A stretch of DNA of 64,000 nucleotides from an uncultured delta proteobacterium (GTDB lineage: Bacteria; Myxococcota; Myxococcia; Myxococcales; Myxococcaceae). How positions within the stretch are numbered: the first letter of the stretch is position 1; the number at the start of each line of letters is the position of its first letter. The translations under genes and the position numbers were made by a program. The notes under the pieces were generated by a model that ran no database searches, was not told the origin of the DNA, and worked only from the letters and a program-made list of their open reading frames with translations. Location: contig CAVQKE010000006.1 of the NCBI GenBank assembly GCA_963713045.1, positions 192,001 through 256,000 of the forward strand, written 5' to 3'. Shown piece after piece: positions 41,453 through 50,405 of this stretch.

Positions 41453-43128
41453 GGTGTCGACGCGGTCAGCACTTTCGCGTCGTAAACGATTTGGCCACCC
41501 ACCACAGTGAGGACGGACTCAGTTTCCGGGAGTTGCCGCGACGGCACCGTGAAAATGTCCTGTGAGAGTACTGCCAAGTCGGCAAGCTTTCCTGGGACGA
41601 GACTCCCCTTTTCTTTCTCCGCAAATTCCGCGTAAGCGCCGGTCAGCGTCGAGGCGAGGACGGCCTGCTCTCGAGTCAGAGCTTCCGACGGCCGGTTCGG
41701 GTGGCTGGCCGCCAGCATGATGTCCCGGAACGGGCCCATTGGCGCGTCGGAGCCCAATGCAACAGGAATTCCGGCGGCCACCAGGGAAGCGAGTGGCTGG
41801 GACTTGGAAAGGCGCTCGCGGGTGAAGACCTTGGCATTCAATTGGCTCACGGCCAAGTGGACCGGGTTCTGGACCACCACCACTCCCAGTTCTTTCACGC
41901 GGGCAATGAGATTGGCGAACAGTCCATCGCCGTGCTCGAACCGCACCCGGCGGTTGGCCCACACCTGAGCCCCTCCGGTCGCCTTCATCGCGTCGAGCAT
42001 TGCCTCGGCGGCGGGGTATCCCGACACGTGGACGATGAGTTGGTCATCGCTCTTGAGCGTCTCGCGCAACATTGCCTCGAGCTCGCTGCGCGGGAAAAGT
42101 GGCTCCAGGTTCTCGCCGACAAAGGCCCCGAGCCGGTCCGACCCATCGCTTGGACCCTCTCGAGGAACGAAAGTGCCCTCGAGGGGTGTCCCATCGGTGA
42201 GCCACTTCGTCCCGGAGACGGTAATGCGCGGACCTGGAAACTTCGCGACCGAGATGCCTTCCTGGGTGTCGCGGCCAGCGGGCGTGGTTCCGGGCATTCG
42301 GATGACGCGCACTCGGATGGGGGTAGGAATCTGTTTCAGCAAAGCCACGCACCGTTCGGGCGTCATCGAGTCGTTCATGTCCTGGACCGAAGTCACCCCG
42401 AGCTTGGCTGCGTTGTGAAGCACCTCGCTCAACTGGGCGACGGCGTCCGCGTCGCTGGTCAAGTGCGCCAGCGTCCTGGAGAGCGCAAGGACGGCATACT
42501 CGCGGAGAGTCCCCGTCAGCCGGCCATTCGCATCACGCTCGTAGCGTCCCCCAGCCGGGTCGGACAAGTCGTCGCGGATACCGAACCTGACCAGCGCGGC
42601 GCTATTGAGGATGGCCGCGTGCCCCGTGAACGTAACCAAGATGACGGGATTGTCGGGAGCGAGCTTGTCGAGCGAATCGCGCGTGGCTTCGCTCCCGTAG
42701 AAGACAGCCGGTCCGACCTCCCCTTGGAGGATGGTCCCCTTCGCAACCTGGAGGACGGCGGCGGTAACCGCTGCTGTGACGTCTGACCAGGTTGGGTTGG
42801 GGCTCTTAAACGGCAGCTGGACGAGGCCCACAGGAACCACGTCGAGATGCGCGTGCGCATCGTCAATTCCCGGGATGACGGTTCTGCCGCCGAGGTTTAT
42901 GCGCCGTGTCCTCGTTCCGGCGAGTGACTCAATGTGGCGTGAGTCGCCGATGGCGAGGATGCGCTCACCTCGGATGGCAACCGCCTCCGCATAGGGCTGC
43001 TTCGCGTCGCTCGTAAATACCTTGCCGTGGAGCAGGACGAGGTCGGGCGGCACCGGCTGCGCGGCTGCCTGGGCGCAGAGGAGGGCCAAAGACAACCCGA
43101 CGACAGAGACACTTACGCTTCGGTGCAT
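41449..43128 (-). CDS. amidohydrolase 3 (YtcJ-like), secreted
   Basis: VIPGIDDAHAH, RFEH, ALGSDAP, GSLVPGKLADLAVLS. Confidence 0.88.
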   Translation of the reverse strand: MHRSVSVSVVGLSLALLCAQAAAQPVPPDLVLLHGKVFTSDAKQPYAEAVAIRGERILAIGDSRHIESLAGTRTRRINLGGRTVIPGIDDAHAHLDVVPVGLVQLPFKSPNPTWSDVTAAVTAAVLQVAKGTILQGEVGPAVFYGSEATRDSLDKLAPDNPVILVTFTGHAAILNSAALVRFGIRDDLSDPAGGRYERDANGRLTGTLREYAVLALSRTLAHLTSDADAVAQLSEVLHNAAKLGVTSVQDMNDSMTPERCVALLKQIPTPIRVRVIRMPGTTPAGRDTQEGISVAKFPGPRITVSGTKWLTDGTPLEGTFVPREGPSDGSDRLGAFVGENLEPLFPRSELEAMLRETLKSDDQLIVHVSGYPAAEAMLDAMKATGGAQVWANRRVRFEHGDGLFANLIARVKELGVVVVQNPVHLAVSQLNAKVFTRERLSKSQPLASLVAAGIPVALGSDAPMGPFRDIMLAASHPNRPSEALTREQAVLASTLTGAYAEFAEKEKGSLVPGKLADLAVLSQDIFTVPSRQLPETESVLTVVGGQIVYDAKVLTASTP

Positions 43129-43336
43129 TCGACCCCCAGCCCGGCTCCCAATTCTCTACTCAGCCTCTTCCAGCCGCGAAAGCCACTGATGCCTTCCCGG
43201 TCAGACAAGGAACATCGAGTACCGACCCGTAGCTCTGGCCCCGCTAAGCAGCAGTCTCGGGCGGCCATACCGAGACGCAGTGCCGATGGTACCGCGGGAC
43301 GCCCGGAGCGACTGTTGTCGGAGCAGTAGGCTTCGC

Positions 43337-44521
43337 TTAGTGCCCCAGTGTCCCCGACGTCGCGCAGATGGATGACGGAGAGATGATTCCCCCGAAAAAG
43401 GTGCTGTCGGAACTGCTGTTGACACGAATCCAGCCCCCGGCACCTCCTCCACCTCCGGCCACCGTGTCGGGGTCCACTTGTCCGTCCTCTCCGTTGATGC
43501 CGCTGCTCGAGCTTCCGTCCCCGCCGAGCGAGCCATGCATTCCGTCGTTGCCACCCTTGGCGGCGGTGGCGTCGGGCGTCGCGTCGGCGCCAGGTACCCC
43601 GGGGCCCTGGCCCCCGCCACCTCCGTTGGCAGCCAGCGTGCCAGTCGTGTCCACGGTGGGAGCCTCGAGCAGGATTGCGCCTCCACTTCCGCCACCGCTC
43701 GCTTCCTGTGAATTGCCAGCCGGGTCGTAGACACCGCCATTGTAGCCACCCTGGCCGCCGACGTGGATTGTCCCGGAAACCGCGATGGACGTCGCCGAGA
43801 CCAGCTCGATGGCACCACCCCCTGCCCCACCAAACGCGAACCCTGACCCGCCTGCGGAACCGGCGGACAGGGGGACCAGCGCGGGAGTCCCATTCATGCC
43901 GCCTCCCTGGGCTCCGGCACCTGGGGTCGACGAGGCACCCTTGCCTCCTTGACCACAGAAGCCCGCGCCCCCTCCCGAGGAACTGCCACTTCCTGAGCCT
44001 CCCCCACCCGCGCCGACCCCCGCGCTGTTGCCGCTCGCCGGGTTCTGCAGTGCCCCCGGCCCGAGAAAAAACGCGGGCGAACTTTGCGAGTTGCCGTAGA
44101 GGTTTCCCTGAATGTCGATTCGTTCCAGCGCGACAATGACCAGGGCGTCCGCCCCCTCGACCCGGACGGTCGTGCCGGCAGCGATGGTGAGCGAATTGAC
44201 GGTGAAGACTCCGAGTTTCAGCGAGGTCGTCAGCTGCGCCAGCCCCGACTGCGTCTGCTCCTGGTAGTGGTAGGCGCCGCCGTCGTCACTTCCCAGCACT
44301 CCTCCCAGGTCGGTCTCCCAGGTGAGGTCGTGCGAGACGACCACGTCTCCGACACCGCTGAAATCGAGCCTCGACAGGTCCACGTTCGACGGGGAGAAGC
44401 CAAACCCACTGGTACCTGAATCAGGCGCCCCCGACGTCGAACTGCACGCCACCAGCATGCACGAGACGCTAAGGAAGGGCAGGAACAGCCCACAAATTGC
44501 TGGCTTCATGCCCGGGTTCAC
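43337..44521 (-). CDS. glycine-rich lipoprotein
   Basis: LVAC lipobox; [10 protein letters not shown] and [13 protein letters not shown] repeats. Confidence 0.7.
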   Translation of the reverse strand: MNPGMKPAICGLFLPFLSVSCMLVACSSTSGAPDSGTSGFGFSPSNVDLSRLDFSGVGDVVVSHDLTWETDLGGVLGSDDGGAYHYQEQTQSGLAQLTTSLKLGVFTVNSLTIAAGTTVRVEGADALVIVALERIDIQGNLYGNSQSSPAFFLGPGALQNPASGNSAGVGAGGGGSGSGSSSGGGAGFCGQGGKGASSTPGAGAQGGGMNGTPALVPLSAGSAGGSGFAFGGAGGGAIELVSATSIAVSGTIHVGGQGGYNGGVYDPAGNSQEASGGGSGGAILLEAPTVDTTGTLAANGGGGGQGPGVPGADATPDATAAKGGNDGMHGSLGGDGSSSSGINGEDGQVDPDTVAGGGGGAGGWIRVNSSSDSTFFGGIISPSSICATSGTLGH

Positions 44522-44560
44522 GCATTCCGGATTGAAAAGAGGACAAGACCCTCTTTTCGG

Positions 44561-47014
44561 TCAGCGCTGACGCTCGACTTCCGCGCGAGTCCGAAGGGTG
44601 TCGGCGTGTCCGTCCGCCAGGACTTTCTCCTGGATTTCAAGCGCTTGCGCAATCTCTGCCCGCGCCTGCTGCCGCTGGCCCTGGTCGAACAGCGAGGCTC
44701 CGAGCGCATAGTGAGCCCGCGCCGTGGTGCTGTGCTCCTCGCCAAAACGGCGCTGCGCGATGGCGAGCGCCCGGCGCGCCGCCTGTTCTGCCTCGGCGAG
44801 TCTGCCGGCATGCCGGAGCGCGCTCGACTGGTAGGCGAGTAAAGACGCGACTAGACCATGCTCAGCGCCAAACTCCAGGGTCGCACGTCGAACCGCGTCC
44901 TCGGAGAGCTGCAACGCCTGGTCCGAGTTCCCCAGCGCGTCCAGTGCCCGGGCGCGCACGTTTTCCACGTAGGCTAGGTCGCCCGATTCATTTCCGAAGA
45001 TGGCGACCTGCGCGGCTTGGACGCGGGCGGACATTGCCTCGGCCTCCTTTGCCCGTCCGAGTTCGAGCAAATCGCGCGCCAGGTTGTTCCAGCAGACGAG
45101 TGTATCGACGTGCTCCTTGCCGTTGACTGTTTCCATTAGCTTGCACGTTTGCTCCTGGAGCTCCGCGCTCTCCGCGAAGTGCCCTTCGTCGCCGAGCAAG
45201 ACCGCCAAGTCATTCATCACCCCAAGCGTCTCTGGGTCTCGGTTGCCGCGCGTTGCCAGGTAGAGGGCAAGTGCTTCCCGGCGGAGCCGTTCCGCTTCCG
45301 CGAAGCTGTTCAGGCGTCGCTTCACGCCTGCCAGGTCGTTGAGCGCCCGCGCCACCGTTTCCCCACGCGGCCCCTCGACCTCCCGCGACATCAGCAGCGC
45401 CTCGTGTAGCAGTCGCTCGGATTCTGGGTAGTCGCCGAGCTCAAAGCGGATGTCACCGAGCTTCAGGAGTGCGCTCGCTACGCCGGCGCTGCGCGGGGCG
45501 AGACTGCGCTCAATGCCCAGTGCCCGCTCCGCAGACGCTGTGGCCCGCTGGTACTCTCCGAGGTCGTACCAGGTCTGGGTGAACGCGCGGAGCAGCCGTG
45601 CCTGGACCTCGGGGTGGTTTCCTAGCTCATTCAGGCGCGCCTCGCCCTTTGCGAGGATGTCCCGCTGGGTCAGCGGTTGGCCGCTGGTGGCTCGCGGGTC
45701 AAAACTTTGAAGCATACTGACCAGGAAGTCCTGCGCCAGCTCGGCCCGCCGCGCCTCCTCACGCGCCCGCCGACTTTGCCAAAGGGTGGCGCCCAACCCC
45801 AACACCAGCGCGAGCACGAGGATGGAGGCCAGCGCAACCGGGGCACGGTAACGTTTGACGAGTGTGCGCAGGAGGTAGCTCGTCGCATCTCCTCGCGCCG
45901 TCACAGGCGCGCCGGCGAGGTGCCGACGAATGTCGGCCGCGAGCTCACCCGCCGAGGGATAGCGCTCGGAAGGCTCGGCGCGAAGGGCCTTGAGGGTGAT
46001 GGCGTCCAAATCGCCTCGGAGTTTCCGTCGCCGCTCGCCGAGAGACTCTGCGACGCCAAGCTGTGAGATGTCGATGCGGGTGCTCGGCCTCTGCGGGTCT
46101 GCGGCCAGAATCGCCTCTTCGACGTCGGCGCGGCTGTTTCCAGCGAAGGGTCGGCCACCCGTCAGCAGCTCGCAGAGAATCACCCCGAGCGCCCAGACGT
46201 CGGTACTGGTGGTGATGCGCCCGCCGCGGACCTGCTCCGGCGCGGCGTACTCCAGCGTCATCGGCCGCTCGTCGACGTGGGTGAGCACGCTGTCGTCGCT
46301 GCCCCGCTCCAGGAGCTTGGCGATGCCGAAATCGAGGAGTTTTGTCTGGCCGGTGTCGCCAACAAGCACGTTGCTCGGCTTGAGGTCCCGGTGAACGACG
46401 AGGTTCTGGTGAGCGAACTGCACAGCATCGCAGACGCTGGCGAACAGTCGGAGACGAGCCTCGACGCCAAGACCCTGCGTGGCGCAGTGCTCGATGAGGT
46501 GGGTTCCAGCGACGAACTCCATTGCCAGCCAGGGGCGCCCGGCCGGCGTCAGCCCGCCGTCGAGGAGCTTCGCGATGTTGGGGTGCGAGAGGCGTGCGAG
46601 GATGCGCCGCTCGCGGCGGAACCGGGCCGCCGCGGCCAGGTTGCTCGACCAAGGTAGGAGCTTGATGGCGACACGTTGCTGGAAGTCCGCGGCCTCGCGC
46701 TCGGCGAGCCAGACCTCGCCCATGCCCCCCCGACCCAGGAGCGAGAGGAGACGGAACGGACCAACTCGCTCACCAGCGGTGGCAGCCTGCTCGAGTCCGG
46801 TGAGCGCGGCGCCGGCCGACGGCAGGTATCCAGCCGCGGGCGTGCTCAACAACGCTTCGGCGCGTTGGTCAGCTTCCAGCAGTCTCTGGGCCTGAGCCCG
46901 TATCTCGGGGTCGCTTTCGCGCTCGAGCAGCTCGGCTCGTCCCGAGGCAGGAAGGTCGAACGCCTGGTCCACAAGTTCGAGGACTGCATGGAAACGAGCC
47001 TGCTCGGGAGTCAC
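44561..47014 (-). CDS. Ser/Thr protein kinase with TPR repeats (PknS-like)
   Basis: GRGGMGEV, HRDLKPSN, DFG, YAAPEQ, TPRs; overlaps the ECF stop codon. Confidence 0.92.
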   Translation of the reverse strand: MTPEQARFHAVLELVDQAFDLPASGRAELLERESDPEIRAQAQRLLEADQRAEALLSTPAAGYLPSAGAALTGLEQAATAGERVGPFRLLSLLGRGGMGEVWLAEREAADFQQRVAIKLLPWSSNLAAAARFRRERRILARLSHPNIAKLLDGGLTPAGRPWLAMEFVAGTHLIEHCATQGLGVEARLRLFASVCDAVQFAHQNLVVHRDLKPSNVLVGDTGQTKLLDFGIAKLLERGSDDSVLTHVDERPMTLEYAAPEQVRGGRITTSTDVWALGVILCELLTGGRPFAGNSRADVEEAILAADPQRPSTRIDISQLGVAESLGERRRKLRGDLDAITLKALRAEPSERYPSAGELAADIRRHLAGAPVTARGDATSYLLRTLVKRYRAPVALASILVLALVLGLGATLWQSRRAREEARRAELAQDFLVSMLQSFDPRATSGQPLTQRDILAKGEARLNELGNHPEVQARLLRAFTQTWYDLGEYQRATASAERALGIERSLAPRSAGVASALLKLGDIRFELGDYPESERLLHEALLMSREVEGPRGETVARALNDLAGVKRRLNSFAEAERLRREALALYLATRGNRDPETLGVMNDLAVLLGDEGHFAESAELQEQTCKLMETVNGKEHVDTLVCWNNLARDLLELGRAKEAEAMSARVQAAQVAIFGNESGDLAYVENVRARALDALGNSDQALQLSEDAVRRATLEFGAEHGLVASLLAYQSSALRHAGRLAEAEQAARRALAIAQRRFGEEHSTTARAHYALGASLFDQGQRQQARAEIAQALEIQEKVLADGHADTLRTRAEVERQR

Positions 47015-47529
47015 GGCTGCTCACCGAGCTCGACGAGGACGAACGCACGGGCTTTTCGGAAGACACGGCGGACCGTGCGCTTGTCCACCTCGAGTGCGTC
47101 GGCGATCTCTACCTCGCTGAGGCCACCAAAGAACCGCCACTCGAGGACCCGTGCCAATCTCGCGTCCAACGCCTCGAGCTTGGCGAGTGCCGCGTGGACG
47201 CCGAGGACGAGTTCAACATTCGCATCGACGGGAGTTTCCTCGAGTCCTGACGTCACGAAAACCGCGTCGCTACCCCGCTTTTCAGCCTTTCGCCTCCGGG
47301 CGTGGTCCACGAGAATCTGACGCATGGCAGTGGCGGCAAGCGCGAGGAAATGCCCCCGGCTCTCGAATGCGGTCTTCTGTGCAAGGCGCATCCAGGCCTC
47401 ATGGACCAATGCCGTTGGGTCGAGGGTGCTTGGGCCGCGACGGCGAAGCTGCTGGTGGGCAAGGCGCCGGAGGACGGCATAAACCGCGCTGAAGCGCTCT
47501 TCCGGCGGCCCGGCGGCACCGATTCGCAT
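47011..47529 (-). CDS. ECF sigma factor, kinase-associated (ECF43-like)
   Basis: TLDPTALVHEAW, MRQILVDHARRR, RFFGGLSEVEIA. Confidence 0.85.
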   Translation of the reverse strand: MRIGAAGPPEERFSAVYAVLRRLAHQQLRRRGPSTLDPTALVHEAWMRLAQKTAFESRGHFLALAATAMRQILVDHARRRKAEKRGSDAVFVTSGLEETPVDANVELVLGVHAALAKLEALDARLARVLEWRFFGGLSEVEIADALEVDKRTVRRVFRKARAFVLVELGEQP

Positions 47530-47569
47530 CTGCGTCCAGAATACTCCGGAGGAGGCTCCTCGGGAGGGC

Positions 47570-47850
47570 CGGCCTGCGCAGCTTGAACTGATTCAGACCA
47601 GCGTAATGGCCGAAGAATCGGTCGAGCTGCCCGCTCGAGAAGCCACTGCGGCGGCGGACCTCAACCACGTTGGTCACGCATCCACTCGCGAAGAGTCTCG
47701 GTTGGAGCGCGCGGGTTCTCGAGGACGTCGACCACTCGGTCGAACGCCTGGTCGTCGAGGATCAAACGCGCCGGAATCAGCGCTTCAGGCAACTCCCTGC
47801 GAGCCTCGATGAAGTACAGCAGCGCCCTGACCTCGCGCCGACCCTGGAAA
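47570..47850 (-). pseudogene. DUF1778 antitoxin / GNAT toxin (TacAT-like) remnant
   Basis: LDDQAFDRVVDVLENPRAPTETLREWM* overlapping the start of ...RSGFSSGQLDRFFGHYAGLNQ. Confidence 0.6.
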
Positions 47851-47900
47851 ACCTAACGGAGCGTCGGCAAGCTGACGGGCTCTTTGTGCAATCTGCCTCA

Positions 47901-48022
47901 ACACCGGCGATGCAGTCGGCTTCAGAGGTCGCGCTTTCTTCTGGAACTACGCGGACTTGACCGTTCCGCTGCAGGGACTTGAAATCCCCCTTTCGGTGGT
48001 TCGATTCCGCCGTGGGCACTGA
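47901..48022 (+). repeat. outermost degenerate attR
   Basis: ACACCGGCGATGCAGTC, 55-bp spacer, then AGGGACTTGAAATCCCCCTTTCGGTGGTTCGATTCCGCCGTGGGCACTGA. Confidence 0.85.
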
Positions 48023-48136
48023 ACTCGGCAGCCTGGTTGAGCCCACCTCCGGCTGCCAAATCCGCCCGGTCGGCTGCAAATTCGATGCGCCTCCAATTGA
48101 AGTGCGCTGATAGCGATGTTTTCCCTTGGAGGTCGC

Positions 48137-49183
48137 ATGACTCGAAGTCTCGCTCTGGCCCTTGGCGTACTGCTTGTCGGTCAATCCCGCGCCCTTGCAC
48201 AGGCACCGCCCGAGCTGACCCTGCCACAGCCGAGCCCACTGGCCTCGGTCACTCAGCGGGTCGGAGTGACAGACATCACGGTTGTCTACCACCGGCCCGC
48301 GGTGGACAAGCGGAAGATTTGGGGCGAACTGGTTCCCTATGGGGAGGTGTGGCGCGCTGGCGCCAACGAGAACACGACCATCAGCTTTTCAAGTCCGGTC
48401 ACCGTTGGAGGCAAGAAAATTCCCGCCGGGACTTATGGGCTGCACATGCTGCCCAATGAGAAGACCTGGTTCATCATCCTGAGCAGCGTCTCGACTGCGT
48501 GGGGAAGCTTCAGTTACGACGAAAAAGAGGATGTGGTTCGGGCCCCGACGACGCCGGCTCCCGCAGACTTCGAGGAGCGTCTCGAATACACGTTCGAGAG
48601 TCCCACCGAGGAGGCTGTCGACGTCGTCCTGCATTGGGACAAGCTGAAGGTCTCCTTTCCCATCGCCGTGGACACCAAGGCCGTGGTGCTGGCAAGTCTC
48701 AAGGCCCAGCTCCGGGGGCTCGGACGTTTCTACTGGCAGTCCTGCGAGCAGGCCGCCCAGTGGACCATCCGCAACAACTATGGGCTGGAGGAGGGGCAGG
48801 TTTGGGTGGACCGGTCGATTACCATTCAGCCGACCTTTTCGAATCTTCGCACCAAGGCGGACTTTCTCGAGAAGAAGGGCGACACCAAACAGGCCGGAGA
48901 GCTGCGCGCCCGAGCGCTGACACTTGCAACCGAGAACGAAGTCAACAACCTGGGCTACGCATTGCTCGGAGAGAAGAAGTACGACGAGGCACTCGCCCTC
49001 TTCAGGAAGAACGTCAAAGACCACCCTGATTCCCAAAACGTCTATGACAGCCTCGGTGAAGCGCTGGCCATGACGGGCGACAAGAAAGGGGCCATTGAGA
49101 ACTACAACAAGGCGCTGGCGATGGCGACCGACCCGGCCGTCCAGAAGCGAATCAAGGGCATCCTGGCGAAGCTGAAGGCGTAG
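48137..49183 (+). CDS. DUF2911 domain + TPR protein
   Basis: SPLASVTQRVG, YHRP, LVPYGEVWRAGANENT; C-terminal TPRs. Confidence 0.88.
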   Translation: MTRSLALALGVLLVGQSRALAQAPPELTLPQPSPLASVTQRVGVTDITVVYHRPAVDKRKIWGELVPYGEVWRAGANENTTISFSSPVTVGGKKIPAGTYGLHMLPNEKTWFIILSSVSTAWGSFSYDEKEDVVRAPTTPAPADFEERLEYTFESPTEEAVDVVLHWDKLKVSFPIAVDTKAVVLASLKAQLRGLGRFYWQSCEQAAQWTIRNNYGLEEGQVWVDRSITIQPTFSNLRTKADFLEKKGDTKQAGELRARALTLATENEVNNLGYALLGEKKYDEALALFRKNVKDHPDSQNVYDSLGEALAMTGDKKGAIENYNKALAMATDPAVQKRIKGILAKLKA

Positions 49184-49543
49184 GGCTCAAGCACCGGACC
49201 TCAACTGCCTGTGGGGCCCCTTCCCCCGGGGCTGCCATGCCCGACGCGACGCCCCGGTGGGCCCGCCACGCCGCAAGGCCTGGCCGCGCCCCCGACTGGA
49301 CGGGGCACGCCGCGCTTGCGGCCCTCAAGTCAAGGGACTAAGTCGCGAAAGGTCGCGGGCCGTCAAGGCTCCGTGAAGGCCTTAAGGGTTGTCGTTTGGA
49401 GGGGGATTCCACCGCCAGAAAATGCCGTGGGCGCTGCTCCTCGCACGTCCGCGGCGCGCACCGTGTGTCGCTAGGACTTCGCAGAGGCGTTGCCTGCCTC
49501 TGAAACGTCGAACGGGCTGCCAATGGCGGCCGTTGGAGGGGAT

Positions 49544-50386
49544 GTGAAACTCGCGCGGATTTGCACGCTTGTGCTGGCAGTCGGCTTTGGCTTGGCGCCG
49601 GCCGCCTATGCCGATGACACTACCGTCACCTGTAAGGATGGGACCACCTCCAAGGGCGGCCAGGGAGCCTGCAGCGGCCATGGAGGCATCAACAAGGCCG
49701 CGGCTGCCCCGGCACCAGCGCCCGCGGCCGCTCCGGCTGCGGCCACCGAAGCCACCGTTACTTGCAAGGACGGGACGACGTCCAAGGGCGGCAAGGGCGC
49801 GTGCAGTGGCCACGGCGGTGTCAACAAGGACGGCGCGGCGTCGAGCAAGGCCCCGGCTTCCGCGACGGCGCCGGCCGCTCCGGCTGCGGCCACCGCAGCC
49901 ACCGTTACTTGTAAGGACGGAACCACCTCCAAGGGGGGCAAGGGCGCCTGCAGTGGCCACGGAGGCGTCAATAAGAGTGGCGCAGCCAGCGCCGCTCCGG
50001 CTTCGGCGACGGCGCCGGCCGCACCGGCCGCCGCCGAGGGCGCCACCGTCACCTGTAAAGACGGAACCACCTCCAAGGGTGGCAAGGGTGCCTGCAGTGG
50101 CCATGGAGGCGTCAACAAGACTGCCGGGGCTAGCGCGGCTCCGGCCGCTGCTCCTGCTGCCGCGGCGCCTGCGGCTCCGGCCGCTGCAGCTCCCGCAGCG
50201 TCTTCCGCTCCGGCCGCTGCTGCGGCTCCGGCAGCCAAGGCACCCTCGCAGACGAAGGCTTCGAATACCGACCCCACCGGTGCCATCGCCAAGTGCACGG
50301 ACGGGACGTACTCCCACTCGAAGCAGCATGAGGGGGCCTGTTCCCATCACGGCGGCGTCGCCACCTGGCTCGACACCAAACAGTAG
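49544..50386 (+). CDS. secreted DUF3761-like Cys/His repeat protein
   Basis: Signal peptide; 4x TVTCKDGTTSKGGxGACSGHGGxNK plus terminal CTDGTYSHS...GACSHHGGV. Confidence 0.8.
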   Translation: MKLARICTLVLAVGFGLAPAAYADDTTVTCKDGTTSKGGQGACSGHGGINKAAAAPAPAPAAAPAAATEATVTCKDGTTSKGGKGACSGHGGVNKDGAASSKAPASATAPAAPAAATAATVTCKDGTTSKGGKGACSGHGGVNKSGAASAAPASATAPAAPAAAEGATVTCKDGTTSKGGKGACSGHGGVNKTAGASAAPAAAPAAAAPAAPAAAAPAASSAPAAAAAPAAKAPSQTKASNTDPTGAIAKCTDGTYSHSKQHEGACSHHGGVATWLDTKQ

Positions 50387-50405
50387 CGCTTCGGCCGTCG
50401 TCGGC

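Larger units (their letters stand above)
33127..48022. mobile_element. integrase-less tandem island segments bounded by att modules
   Basis: att modules at 33.0, 35.7 and 47.9 kb; accessory cargo only. Confidence 0.7.

Noticed and set aside
17870..48022. Classical integron
   Set aside because: No attC-type GTTRRRY palindromic sites were noticed and the integrase is not IntI-like; the repeats derive from the tRNA att.
48027..48057. GGCAGCC/GGCTGCC hairpin as the original tRNA terminator
   Set aside because: Short stem and no U-tract; suggestive only.
49544..50386. RiPP precursor for the nearby ATP-grasp enzyme
   Set aside because: It has a Sec signal and DUF3761-like modules, and the ATP-grasp is the circularly permuted type rather than a graspetide synthetase.
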